DNA of 64,000 nt from Deltaproteobacteria bacterium (GCA_016186995.1 JACPKQ010000007.1:52226-116225), one strand, 5' to 3'; positions 36,559 through 46,078 are shown, counted from the stretch's first letter. The notes: generated by a model from the sequence alone, not told the origin. Numbers and translations are program-made.

Positions 36559-38172
36559 ATGGGAAAATGCTCTCAGTACGATGCCATTATTATTGGTGCG
36601 GGCCACAACGGGCTTATCACAGCCGCTTATTTAGGAAAAGCAGGGAAGAAAGTTCTGCTTTTGGAAAAGCGCCCTGTGATAGGGGGATCTTGTGTTACTG
36701 AAGAAGTTATTCCAGGCTTTAAAATTTCAACCACTTCTTATGTATGTTCACTTTTAAGACCTGAGGTTATTCATGATTTAGAGCTTAAAAAATTTGGATT
36801 TAAACTTTTGCTTCGTGATCCTTCATCTCTTTCTCTTTTCCCAGATGGAAAGTATTTTTATTTTTGGCGAGATCCCAAAAAAACTCATCAAGAGATTGCA
36901 AAACTTTCAGAAAAAGATGCCCGAAACTGGGCTCATTATCATGAAGATTTAGAACAAATCGCAAGTATTGTAGAACCCATGATGATAAAACCAGCGCTTG
37001 ATCCTCAAACAAAAAAAATCAAAGAACTTTTTGAAATGGCAAAACTAGGTTTGCGTGTAAGAAAAGAAGATAAAGCCCTTTCGAATCTGTTGCGCATGTT
37101 TTCTATGAGTGTGGCTGATTTTTTGGATTCTTACTTTGAAAGTACAGAGCTTAAAGCAACCCTTGCCACAGATGGGGTGATTGGGGCTTTTGCAGGGCCT
37201 TATATGCCGGGTACAGCTTATGTTCTTTTTCATCATGTGATGGGTGAAGCCGAAGGTGTAAAGGGTGCGTGGGGTTATGTTGAAGGGGGCATGGGCGGTA
37301 TTACCCAAGCTCTTTATAAATCAGCCACACGTTTTAAAGTAGAGGCTTTAACGAATGCATCTGTTCACAAGATATTAGTTAAAAATGGAGAGGCTTATGG
37401 TGTTGCACTCCAAGATGGACGTGAATTTTACGCCAAAGCTATTATTTCAAATGCAGATCCTAAAAAAACATTTTTAGATTTTGTTTCTTCTCATGATTTA
37501 CCTAGTGATTTTATTCGCGGTGTAAAAAATATTAAATTTCGAAGTGCTTCTTTTAAAATTAATTTAGCTTTGGATTCACTTCCTTCGTGGAAGGCTATCC
37601 CAGGAAGTGAATTAGGCCCGCAACACAGGGGAACCATTCATCTTTCTCCAAGCATGGAATACATTGAAAGAGCTTTCGATGATGCAAAATATGGAAGGCC
37701 TTCAAGACAACCTGTTTTAGAGTGTACGATTCCAACAAGTGTGGATCCTACGATTGCTCCATTAGGAAAACATATTATGGGAATGTTTGTGCAGTATTTC
37801 CCCTATGATTTAAAAGAAGGAAATGTGGTTCAAGAAAAAGAAAAGTTTGTAAAAACGTGTCTTAATCTTTTAGAAGAATATGCACCAGGAATTCAAAATA
37901 AAATAAGTGGGGTGCATGCCTTAAGCCCACAAGATTTAGAAAAAGAATACGGCCTTACAGGAGGAAATCTTTTTCATGGAGAGATGACTTTAGACCAACT
38001 TCTTTTTATGAGACCACAACCTGGGTGGTCAAGGTATCGAACTCCTTTACCGCATCTTTATTTATGTGGATCAGGGGCTCATCCTGGTGGCGGTGTTTTA
38101 GGGGCACCAGGGTATTTGGCTGCCAAAACCATTCTTTCGCTCGAGTCATCACGAACCCAAAGGACGTGGTGA
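36559..38172 (+). CDS. FAD/NAD(P)-binding oxidoreductase of the phytoene-desaturase (CrtI/COG1233) family
   Basis: The N-terminal dinucleotide-binding motif is YDAIIIGAGHNGLITAAYLGKAGKKVLLLEKR-x-IGG. It is followed by a C-terminal amine-oxidase-like fold. Confidence 0.7.
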   Translation: MGKCSQYDAIIIGAGHNGLITAAYLGKAGKKVLLLEKRPVIGGSCVTEEVIPGFKISTTSYVCSLLRPEVIHDLELKKFGFKLLLRDPSSLSLFPDGKYFYFWRDPKKTHQEIAKLSEKDARNWAHYHEDLEQIASIVEPMMIKPALDPQTKKIKELFEMAKLGLRVRKEDKALSNLLRMFSMSVADFLDSYFESTELKATLATDGVIGAFAGPYMPGTAYVLFHHVMGEAEGVKGAWGYVEGGMGGITQALYKSATRFKVEALTNASVHKILVKNGEAYGVALQDGREFYAKAIISNADPKKTFLDFVSSHDLPSDFIRGVKNIKFRSASFKINLALDSLPSWKAIPGSELGPQHRGTIHLSPSMEYIERAFDDAKYGRPSRQPVLECTIPTSVDPTIAPLGKHIMGMFVQYFPYDLKEGNVVQEKEKFVKTCLNLLEEYAPGIQNKISGVHALSPQDLEKEYGLTGGNLFHGEMTLDQLLFMRPQPGWSRYRTPLPHLYLCGSGAHPGGGVLGAPGYLAAKTILSLESSRTQRTW

Positions 38173-38314
38173 TCTCGAGGGGCGTGTTTACTTGGAGCAT
38201 TTATTTTTTAAATATCACATATTTTAGTGTTTACAGTATTGACGCTGCGACGTGCCATTGATAGAAACGAAATGTTGTTGTGTAAAAAGTTCCGTATTAT
38301 GTAAGGAGGTATGT

Positions 38315-39076
38315 ATGGTGTGGAAAGGTATCGTTAAGTGTAGTTTTCTACTTTCTTTCCTTGTTATTCCCACTTCATTTGCCATTCCAAAAGATCACAG
38401 AGATCTTGATCGTCTAGATCATTCTCGTGTTCGTGTTTTGGCTGATCAAGTGAGTAGGAAGGCACGTGAAGTGCGTTCTGAGGCAGAAAGATATTACCAG
38501 GGTGGAGAAGTTGAACGAAGAGCCATTGAAGATTTAAGAGAACTTGACAGAGAAGCCACCCTTTTTCAACAAGAGGTGGATCATGCTCGAGATCTTGAAC
38601 GAGAGTTTGATCGTTTAGAACGTGCTTATGATAAAGCATACGTCACCGTTTCTCGCGCACGTTTTTATCGCTATCTTGAGAGAAATTTTCTTGAAATAGG
38701 TCGTTTACTGAAAGAACTTGAGAGAGAGTTAGATGATGGTCTTTTTGGAGACCCATTATTAAAACTTTCAAAAAGTGTAGAGCTTAAAACTGAAAGTCTT
38801 TATAGACTGGCACAAAAATCTATACTTGGCTGGAATTACCAAGATGGCAAAGCCCTTGAAGATTTAAGAATGCTTGCTGAAGATGCAAGACGTCACTTTG
38901 AAGCTGCAAGGCGTGATCGTCGTTATAGTTCACAATACGAGTTTAGAAAACTTTTAGCTTCTTATAGAGAGGCAAAGATTTCTTTACGGTTATCTCCGTC
39001 ATTGAATTATTTGCATGGGCATCTTGATGAAATTGAAGCTGATTTAAGAGAATTGAGAAATCTTTATGGAGAATAG
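38315..39076 (+). CDS. Secreted Arg/Glu-rich coiled-coil protein (paralogue of 39103-39903)
   Basis: RBS AAGGAGG precedes ATG 38315. Signal peptide MVWKGIVKCSFLLSFLVIPTSFA. The mature protein contains SRARFYRYLERNFLE, which is shared with the next gene (SRATFFRFIMDDLNR). Confidence 0.55.
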   Translation: MVWKGIVKCSFLLSFLVIPTSFAIPKDHRDLDRLDHSRVRVLADQVSRKAREVRSEAERYYQGGEVERRAIEDLRELDREATLFQQEVDHARDLEREFDRLERAYDKAYVTVSRARFYRYLERNFLEIGRLLKELERELDDGLFGDPLLKLSKSVELKTESLYRLAQKSILGWNYQDGKALEDLRMLAEDARRHFEAARRDRRYSSQYEFRKLLASYREAKISLRLSPSLNYLHGHLDEIEADLRELRNLYGE

Positions 39077-39102
39077 GTTTTTAAAGTATTAAAGGAGGTC
39101 TT

Positions 39103-39903
39103 ATGTCACTCAGAAAGTCGATATTTGTTTTAGTGACTGTATGTGCTGGATTGTTTTATCAGCCTGTGAATGCAGCGGAAAGTGTGGGCCTGTTAGGTAG
39201 CACTCTTCGTGAGCATGCACGAGAAATCCACAGAGCTTCAGAAAGAATGGTAGCTCAAGCCGAAGCCTACAAAGGCTATTACGATTCTGATAACTTTCAT
39301 GTAGTTTATCAGTTAAGAGACTTAGAAAGCTCAGCCAGACGCTTCCGTAGCCGGGTAGATTCGTGGTTGCAAGATCCTTCTCTTGCCTACAACGAATTTT
39401 ATGATGTTGCAGGCGATCTTGAAGATGTAAAAATGGTAGCTTCACGAGCTACTTTTTTTCGTTTCATTATGGATGATTTGAATCGAGCAAGTGAAAGCGT
39501 AAGAGAGCTTCGTTTGTATTATTATGGTTATGGTTACCGTCATTGGGATGATCATTATAGAGATGATCGTGAAAGACGTCGCCATGAAGAACGTGAACGT
39601 CGTGAGCGTGAAAGAAGAGACCATTGGGATCGAGATGGACATCGCTACGATCGAGATCGTCATGAACGTGAAAGAAGAGATCGCGAACGTTGGGACAGAG
39701 ACCGTCGTGATCGTGAAGAGCGCGACAGAAATGAACGTGAACGTCGTGAAAGAGAAAGACGTGAACGTGAAGATCGTGAAAGGCGCGATCGTGATAACCG
39801 AGATCGAGACCGTTGGGATAGAGACAGAGATCGTGATCGCGGAGATCGAGACCGTCGCGATCGTGAAGACCGTGAAAGACGCGATAGAAATCGCCATAGA
39901 TAA
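39103..39903 (+). CDS. Secreted protein with an N-terminal domain paralogous to 38315-39076 and a roughly 120-aa C-terminal Arg-Asp/Arg-Glu dipeptide-repeat tail
   Basis: Signal peptide MSLRKSIFVLVTVCAGLFYQPVNA. The tail reads RDDRERRRHEERERRERERRDHWDRDGHRYDRDRHERERRDRERWDRDRRDRE...RDRNRHR. The underlying DNA at 39538-39900 is an imperfect cgtga(a/t)cg(t/a)-type tandem repeat. Confidence 0.6.
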   Translation: MSLRKSIFVLVTVCAGLFYQPVNAAESVGLLGSTLREHAREIHRASERMVAQAEAYKGYYDSDNFHVVYQLRDLESSARRFRSRVDSWLQDPSLAYNEFYDVAGDLEDVKMVASRATFFRFIMDDLNRASESVRELRLYYYGYGYRHWDDHYRDDRERRRHEERERRERERRDHWDRDGHRYDRDRHERERRDRERWDRDRRDREERDRNERERRERERREREDRERRDRDNRDRDRWDRDRDRDRGDRDRRDREDRERRDRNRHR

Positions 39904-39926
39904 GATCAAGATACGTAATTGGAAAG

Positions 39927-40015
39927 CTGTCATCGCGAGGGAATGAAATGACCGTGGCGATCTCATCGCAGTAGCGATGGGCATGGCGCAGCACCCTTAC
40001 CTCGCAATGACGAGG
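39927..40015. repeat. Copy of a dispersed palindromic repeat family with imperfect inverted termini CTGTCATCGCGAGG ... CCTCGCAATGACGAGG
   Basis: The termini are at 39927-39940 and 40000-40015. Internal small palindromes include gcgatctcatcgc. Confidence 0.55.
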
Positions 40016-40071
40016 CCTTTTGCAATGATACGCTTTCGTGTGGGACGTTTCTCTGCTATAATCAAAAATAT

Positions 40072-40539
40072 ATGAGGGGTTTTCTAAAACCTTTCGCTTT
40101 TATTGCTTTTTTCCTTCCTTTTTTTTCTTTTTCTCTGTGGACAGGTGAATGGCAGGGTGAAGCAGAAATGCATTCTTATACCTTGCCTGCTTCAAAGGGA
40201 ATACTTTATGTTTCTTATACACAAACAGGGGTACAATTAGTTCTTAATAAAGCTCAGTACAAAACAAAATATACACAACAAGAATGGGGGCCCGAAACTT
40301 ACGAAATTCGAAACGGTGACCTTTTTGATGAGAGTAAAAAAATTGGAGAAGTGAGCGAAAATCACATTTCTATTTTTAGAGAAGCCCTGACTCCGCAAGG
40401 AAAGTATTATTTTGAAACCCATGTCACAAAAACAGGTGAACATTCTGTTTCTTATGATGAAAATTGGTTTACTCAGAAAAAGCCTGTTTACTCTTTAAAG
40501 GGCGTTCTCGAAGTAGTTCCAAGTCAAAAATTGCCTTGA
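40072..40539 (+). CDS. Secreted hypothetical protein
   Basis: Signal peptide MRGFLKPFAFIAFFLPFFSFSLW. TATAAT lies at 40056-40061. Confidence 0.4.
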   Translation: MRGFLKPFAFIAFFLPFFSFSLWTGEWQGEAEMHSYTLPASKGILYVSYTQTGVQLVLNKAQYKTKYTQQEWGPETYEIRNGDLFDESKKIGEVSENHISIFREALTPQGKYYFETHVTKTGEHSVSYDENWFTQKKPVYSLKGVLEVVPSQKLP

Positions 40540-40601
40540 TTTCAGAAAACATTAAAGTTAAAAATGAAAAATGCTTTTCTTTAAGGAAAAAGGGTTAAAA
40601 T

Positions 40602-41765
40602 ATGCCGCGGGGTAAAATTGAACTTGGAAGTGTTGAAACACTTTCTATTTTAGATTGTAAGGGCACTGTTGACGAGGGGCTTATGCCTCTACTTGATAAT
40701 AAAACTCTTCTTAAGGCTTATCGTCTCATGCTTTTGGGAAGGCGCTTAGATGAACAAGCGATGCGCTATCAAAGACAAGGACGAATTGGAACTTTTGCAC
40801 CTAATATTGGACAAGAGGCTGCTCAAGTGGGTGCAGGGCTTGCCATGAAAAAAGAAGATTGGTTTGCCCCTTCATTTCGTGAATTGGGTGTGTGGCTTGC
40901 TCGCGGAATGACCATTAAAAATTATTTTTTAGGATGGATGGGAATTGAAGACGGAAACAGTGGGCTTAAAGGAACTGCCAACGTTCCTGTTGCTGTTCCT
41001 GTTGCAACTCAATGTACTTACGCTGCGGGTATTGCCTGGGGAATTAAACTTGATAAGAAAAAAGCAGCGTGCGTTGTTTTTTTTGGTGATGGGGCAACCT
41101 CAGAGGGAAGTTTTCATGAAGGAATTAATTTTTGCGGGGCTATGAATTTACCTGCCGTGTACTTTTGCCAAAATAATCAATGGGCCATTTCAACACCTCG
41201 TAAAAAACAAACAAAATCAGAAACCATTGCTCAAAAAGCAATAGCTTATGGCATTCATGGTATTCAAGTGGATGGGAATGATTTTTTTTCTGTTTATGTT
41301 GCTTCGATTGAGGCTTTGAAAAGGGCTTATGAAGGTAAGGGGCCTACACTCGTAGAAGCCATCACCTATCGTCGTTCTGTTCATACGACAGCTGACGATC
41401 CGCGTGTGTATCGAAGTGAAAAAGAAGAAAAGGAATGGGATGAAAAAGATCCTATTCATAGAATGAGAAGTTATTTAGAAAAGAAAAAGATTTTAACGAA
41501 AGAAGATAACGAAAAATTAGAGGCCGTTATTGCAGCTGAAATTAAAGCTGGTTATGTCGAAGCTGAAGCCTATCGAAATAGTAATATAGATCCTCTTTCT
41601 TATTTTGATTATATTTATAAAGAAATACCCCCTTATCTAAAATGGCAAAAAGAAATAGCCCGTCATCATCTTAAAGGACGTAATGTTATTAAAGGAGCGA
41701 CCGAACCTGTGAAAGGCACAGGCGGGGCTGCTGCTGTTGGGCAACTTGAGGAGGCAGAAGATTAA
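40602..41765 (+). CDS. pdhA: 2-oxo-acid (pyruvate/acetoin) dehydrogenase E1 component alpha subunit, TPP-dependent
   Basis: The TPP-binding motif is GDGATSEG...N (FFGDGATSEGSFHEGINFCGAMNLPAVYFCQNNQWAIST). This is the heterotetrameric E1 alpha fold. Confidence 0.8.
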   Translation: MPRGKIELGSVETLSILDCKGTVDEGLMPLLDNKTLLKAYRLMLLGRRLDEQAMRYQRQGRIGTFAPNIGQEAAQVGAGLAMKKEDWFAPSFRELGVWLARGMTIKNYFLGWMGIEDGNSGLKGTANVPVAVPVATQCTYAAGIAWGIKLDKKKAACVVFFGDGATSEGSFHEGINFCGAMNLPAVYFCQNNQWAISTPRKKQTKSETIAQKAIAYGIHGIQVDGNDFFSVYVASIEALKRAYEGKGPTLVEAITYRRSVHTTADDPRVYRSEKEEKEWDEKDPIHRMRSYLEKKKILTKEDNEKLEAVIAAEIKAGYVEAEAYRNSNIDPLSYFDYIYKEIPPYLKWQKEIARHHLKGRNVIKGATEPVKGTGGAAAVGQLEEAED

Positions 41766-42754
41766 TGGCTGAAACAAAACGCTTAACCATGGTTGAGGCT
41801 TTAAACTTAGCTCTTTTTGAAGAGATGGAAAGAGACAAAAACGTTCTTGTTTTAGGTGAAGATGTTGGGGTAGATGGCGGAGTTTTTCGTGTGACCAAAG
41901 GGCTTGTAGAAAAGTATGGAGAAGAGCGCGTTGTTGATACGCCCTTAGCCGAAGAAGGTATTATGGGTGCAGCGGTTGGGTTGGCTCTTTATGGAAAAAG
42001 ACCTGTGTGTGAAATTCAATTTAGTGGTTTTATTTTTGAAGGCTATGAACAGTTAGAATCTCATGCCAGGCGTCTTCGTTTGAGAACTCACGGGGCGCTT
42101 GAGTGTCCTATGGTTTTAAGAGCGCCTTGTGCAGGTGGTATTCGTGCTTTGGAACATCATAATGAATCAGCAGAAATGATTTATGGACACATGCCAGGTT
42201 TAGTTGTTGTTATGCCTTCTGGACCCAGAAATGCTCGTGGACTTTTAAAAGCAGCCATTCGTTCAAATGACCCTGTGGTTTTTTTAGAACCTAAATCAGT
42301 GTACCGATCTATTCGTGAAGATGTACCTCTTCATGATGATGTGTATCCACTTGGAAAAGCCGCTGTCCTGAGAGAAGGCTCTCAGTTTACTGTTGTAACC
42401 TACGGAGCCCAAGTCAAGCTTGTTAAAGAAGTTATGAAAAAAGGAATTGAAGAGCAAGGTTGGGATCCTGAAATTATTGATCTTCAAACAATAATGCCTT
42501 TTGATTATGAAACAGTGGTACAAAGCGTTCAGAAAACAGGGCGTTGCCTTATTGTGCATGAAGCACCCAGGTCAGGTGGTTTAGGTGCTGAAATTGTGGC
42601 TCGTCTTATTGAGTTTTCTTTCCTTTACTTGGAGGCCCCTATTGAAAGAGTCACAGGGTGGGATACCCCATTTCCATTTTATGCAAGAGAAGATACTTAT
42701 CTTCCGGATGCCCAAAGAATTACTTCAGCCGTTCATAATATTTTAAGTTATTAG
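41765..42754 (+). CDS. pdhB: 2-oxo-acid dehydrogenase E1 component beta subunit
   Basis: VLGEDVGVDGGVFRVTKGL...VVDTPLAEEGIMGAAVGLA is the transketolase-like pyrimidine-binding region. TAATG start/stop coupling with pdhA. Confidence 0.8.
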   Translation: MAETKRLTMVEALNLALFEEMERDKNVLVLGEDVGVDGGVFRVTKGLVEKYGEERVVDTPLAEEGIMGAAVGLALYGKRPVCEIQFSGFIFEGYEQLESHARRLRLRTHGALECPMVLRAPCAGGIRALEHHNESAEMIYGHMPGLVVVMPSGPRNARGLLKAAIRSNDPVVFLEPKSVYRSIREDVPLHDDVYPLGKAAVLREGSQFTVVTYGAQVKLVKEVMKKGIEEQGWDPEIIDLQTIMPFDYETVVQSVQKTGRCLIVHEAPRSGGLGAEIVARLIEFSFLYLEAPIERVTGWDTPFPFYAREDTYLPDAQRITSAVHNILSY

Positions 42755-42760
42755 GAATTT

Positions 42761-42870
42761 TGTCATTGCGAGGCGAGGCCGAAGCAATCTCCTAGAATTG
42801 CTTTAGCAATTCTAGGACAACACTTGCGTGTTGGGATCGCCACGTCGCTTATAGCTCCTCGCGATGACAG
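42761..42870. repeat. Copy of the palindromic repeat family (termini TGTCATTGCGAGG ... CCTCGCGATGACA) with a nested perfect palindrome TCCTAGAATTGC-ttta-GCAATTCTAGGA
   Basis: The arms are at 42761-42773 and 42858-42870 with 1 mismatch. The nested palindrome is at 42790-42817. It lies between the convergent pdhB and bcp genes. Confidence 0.55.
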
Positions 42871-42883
42871 ACTTGTATGCTAT

Positions 42884-43378
42884 TTAGGCTTTTCTTAGAA
42901 AATCCACAACTTCTTCAGCATGGCCTTCGGATTTTACTTTTTCATAAATTTTTTCAATTTTCCCATCTTTTCCAACAATAAAAGTAGTTCGAGCAACCCC
43001 CCAATACTTTTTGCCATACATATTTTTTTCTATCCACACGCCGTAATCTTGGCAGGTCTTTTTTTCTTCATCGGATAAAAGAATAAAAGGTAAATTAAAT
43101 TTTTCTATAAACTTATGATGTGATTCAATGCCATCAGGGCTGATACCTAAAATAACCGCATTTTGATTTTCTATTTTTTTATGGCTGTCTCTAAAACCAC
43201 AGGATTCTACTGTACAACCTGGTGTGTCATCTTTTGGATAAAAATAAAGAACAACTCTTTTTTTACCTTTAAAATCAGAAAGCTTCACTTTTTCTCCAGA
43301 ACTAGCAGTTAAGTGAATAGCAGGGGCACGATCTCCTTCTTTTAAGTGTGACATCATTATGTTCTCTTTAGAATTCAT
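42884..43378 (-). CDS. bcp: Peroxiredoxin Bcp (thiol peroxidase, AhpC/TSA family)
   Basis: YFYPKDDTPGCTVESCGFRD contains the peroxidatic Cys in TPGC and a resolving Cys 5 residues later, as in Bcp. Confidence 0.8.
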   Translation of the reverse strand: MNSKENIMMSHLKEGDRAPAIHLTASSGEKVKLSDFKGKKRVVLYFYPKDDTPGCTVESCGFRDSHKKIENQNAVILGISPDGIESHHKFIEKFNLPFILLSDEEKKTCQDYGVWIEKNMYGKKYWGVARTTFIVGKDGKIEKIYEKVKSEGHAEEVVDFLRKA

Positions 43379-43445
43379 ATTTTAAAGCGATATCATGGTA
43401 AAGATCTGCTTGCAATCTTAAGGAAGTGGGTATTAATATCAAGCA

Positions 43446-43781
43446 ATGAAAAAAATCCTTCTTTTTTTATTTTTATTTTCTTTAGCTTTGTTTGAAGCAC
43501 TTACAGCGGCACCACAAGGTGAACAAATTTTCAATACAAAGTGTGCTTTGTGTCACACCATGGGTGGTGGGAAAAAGATTGGCCCTGATCTTAAAGGGGT
43601 CACTAAAAAGAGGACAAAAGAGTGGATGAGGAAAATGATTAAAGATCCCATGAATTTTGTAAAAACAGATCCAGAAGCTAAAAAAATTTTTGAAGAATAC
43701 AAAAAAATGCCCATGGTTGTAGCCCCTCCTCTTACAGATGCAGAAATAGATGCTGTTATCAAGTATTTAGAAAAGAAGTAA
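43446..43781 (+). CDS. Class I c-type cytochrome (c553/c6-like), secreted
   Basis: Signal peptide MKKILLFLFLFSLALFEALTA. Heme-binding CALCH (CxxCH). A distal Met is present in KKMPM. Confidence 0.75.
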   Translation: MKKILLFLFLFSLALFEALTAAPQGEQIFNTKCALCHTMGGGKKIGPDLKGVTKKRTKEWMRKMIKDPMNFVKTDPEAKKIFEEYKKMPMVVAPPLTDAEIDAVIKYLEKK

Positions 43782-43813
43782 ATACCTAGTTTTGTTGTTG
43801 TGGGTAGTTTTTT

Positions 43814-45505
43814 ATGAAGCTCAAAATTGTTGTTGGTATTTTTATTATTCTTACTTTTTCCTGTATTTTTAGTTATTTAAGTTTAGATCAAGAGTATTTA
43901 AAACAAACAGCTCCGGATAAGTGGGTGCATTGGGTTTCTGTATTACCCCCGCTCATTGCCATTGTTTTAGCTTATTTAACAGGCGAGATTATTTCTGCAC
44001 TTTTTGTGGCTGTTCTTTTAGGTGGTTTTATTGCTTCACCCAAAAACCCATTTTTGGCTCTCAAATTAAGTTTTTTTGATTTTATGTGGAAAAGTGTTCA
44101 AGATGAATTCCATATTCTTGTTGTTGTTTTCATTATAACGCTTGTGGGAATGGTTGCTGTGATGAGTCGAATGGGTGGAACTCAAGCCATTATTAATGTG
44201 TTTTCAAAAAAGGTAGGAACTGGACGTGGAGCAGAAATCATTACAGCCCTTTTGGGTATTTTTATTTTTTTTGACGATTATGCCAATACTATTTTAGTGG
44301 GAAGTTCAGCAAGACCTCTCACAGATAAATACAGAGTATCTCGAGAAAAACTTGCCTATCTTGTAGATTCAACCGCAGCTCCTGTAGCAGGGTTGGCTGT
44401 TCTTTCAACCTGGATTGGTTATGAAGTAGGGTTGTTTCAAACTGTTTTGTCCGAAATGCATTTAAATATTTCCGGTTACGAAGCTTTTTTTAGGGCTTTA
44501 CCTTTTCGTTTTTATTGTATTTTTACAATTTTTTTTGTTTTTTTAAATGTTATTTTAGGGAGGGATTTTGGAAGCATGCTTAAAGCGCAGAAAAGGGCCT
44601 ATCATGAGAATAAACTCTATGCAGATGATGCAGAGTTTAAAACATCCATTGCTGTTGAAAAAACAACAATGCATCATGGTGTTAAACCCAAATTGAGAAA
44701 TGCGACCTTACCTTTGATAGTTGTTATTTTAGTTATTTGGGTGGGGCTTTATTTAAGTGGTATGCGTAACATGTCATCCTCCGGTTTAACCGGAGGATCT
44801 CTCAGCATTATCCATCTTTTTTCTTTTGATATAATGCGACAATGTTTTTCAAATGCAGATAATCTTTTTGTTTTAGCAATGAGTGGAGTCATAGGCTCTC
44901 TTGTTGCACTTTTTTTAGCTGTATCTCAGAAGATTTTATCTTTTAAAGAAAGTCTTGCTACGTGGAGTTCTAGTTTTAAAGCTATTATCTCTCCACTTTG
45001 TATTCTTATTTTAGCCTGGTCTATTCAAAGGGTGTGTGATCATCTTGGAACAAGTCTTTTTTTAACGGCGACACTTAAAAATTTTGTGTCACCTGGGTTT
45101 TTACCACTTCTTATTTTTATTCTGGCCGGCGTTATTGCTTTTGCTACAGGAACCTCTTGGGGAACTATGGCCATTCTTATTCCTACAGCCATTCCTCTGA
45201 CTTATCACATGGGTGGATTAGAACTTACTTTCATTTCAATGGCAGCTGTGTTAGATGGTGCCATTTTTGGAGATCACTGCTCTCCTGTTTCGGATACAAC
45301 GCTGATGTCTTCTATAGCTTCAGCCTGCGATCACATGCACCATGTTAAAACTCAACTTCCCTATGCACTTGTATGTATGGTTCTGTCTTCAACTCTAGGA
45401 TATTATCTAAGCATTTCGGGTATTCATGTTGTGATCTCTTATGTTTTAGGTGGACTCGCCAGTTTTTTTATTCTTATGTTTATAGGCAAGAGGGTGAGAA
45501 CGTGA
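43814..45505 (+). CDS. Na+/H+ antiporter NhaC-family membrane transporter
   Basis: About 12 TM segments. The NhaC-type conserved stretch is GSSARPLTDKYRVSREKLAYLVDSTAAPVAGLA. Confidence 0.55.
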   Translation: MKLKIVVGIFIILTFSCIFSYLSLDQEYLKQTAPDKWVHWVSVLPPLIAIVLAYLTGEIISALFVAVLLGGFIASPKNPFLALKLSFFDFMWKSVQDEFHILVVVFIITLVGMVAVMSRMGGTQAIINVFSKKVGTGRGAEIITALLGIFIFFDDYANTILVGSSARPLTDKYRVSREKLAYLVDSTAAPVAGLAVLSTWIGYEVGLFQTVLSEMHLNISGYEAFFRALPFRFYCIFTIFFVFLNVILGRDFGSMLKAQKRAYHENKLYADDAEFKTSIAVEKTTMHHGVKPKLRNATLPLIVVILVIWVGLYLSGMRNMSSSGLTGGSLSIIHLFSFDIMRQCFSNADNLFVLAMSGVIGSLVALFLAVSQKILSFKESLATWSSSFKAIISPLCILILAWSIQRVCDHLGTSLFLTATLKNFVSPGFLPLLIFILAGVIAFATGTSWGTMAILIPTAIPLTYHMGGLELTFISMAAVLDGAIFGDHCSPVSDTTLMSSIASACDHMHHVKTQLPYALVCMVLSSTLGYYLSISGIHVVISYVLGGLASFFILMFIGKRVRT

Positions 45506-45654
45506 AAGAAGATTTTATTGTGCTAGGTATGATTTTGGTCTTATGAATGATGTATTTGATTAAAAATTCATCGTTTTCTCATATTAATTGAGAGCTGAGA
45601 TCCTTAAATTTTGATATAATAAAAACAAGTATTTTAAAAAAAGGAGAGGTGTGT

Positions 45655-46029
45655 ATGTTAAGAAAATTTTTGGGTTGCGGAGTTTTGTTAGCGTTAGTGT
45701 TGGGTGTTTCTTTAGTAGAAGCACGAAAAGGAAAAGGTTCTCATGATCGCACGCAAATGAAAAAGCATCAGAAGATGAGAGAACACAAAAAAGAATCCTC
45801 TGAAAGAAAGGGCAAACGAACGCAGGAAGAAAAAAGGGCTGCGCTTGAAAAGCAGCATGATCGAAAACTTAAAAAAGCAGAAGCTCAAAAAGAAAAAAGA
45901 TTGACTCATTGTAAAGGAGATCAGAAGTGTATGGATCGTGCTAATCAGATTTATGAGAAGCAAAAAAGCCAAGTTGAAAAGCAATATGAGAAAAGAAGTA
46001 AGGGTTTAGCAAGCACCGAAAGTAGATAA
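45655..46029 (+). CDS. Secreted Lys/Glu-rich low-complexity protein
   Basis: RBS AAGGAGAGG precedes ATG 45655. Signal peptide MLRKFLGCGVLLALVLGVSLVEA. The mature part is roughly 40% K/E/R/Q. Confidence 0.5.
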   Translation: MLRKFLGCGVLLALVLGVSLVEARKGKGSHDRTQMKKHQKMREHKKESSERKGKRTQEEKRAALEKQHDRKLKKAEAQKEKRLTHCKGDQKCMDRANQIYEKQKSQVEKQYEKRSKGLASTESR

Positions 46030-46050
46030 TTTAAAATATCTAAAAATTTT

Positions 46051-46078
46051 AAAAGGGGCCTTTTGAGGTCCCTTTTTC
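46051..46078 (+). terminator. Rho-independent terminator
   Basis: GGGGCC-ttttga-GGTCCC forms a stem with one G-U pair, followed by TTTTT. It lies 25 nt after the stop at 46029. Confidence 0.6.

Noticed and set aside
39442-39994. Minus- and plus-strand ORFs (39442-39984, 39467-39994, 39524-39946) over the RD-repeat region
   Set aside because: These are artefacts of the codon-level tandem repeat. The plus-strand 39103-39903 frame has the signal peptide, RBS and N-terminal paralogy.
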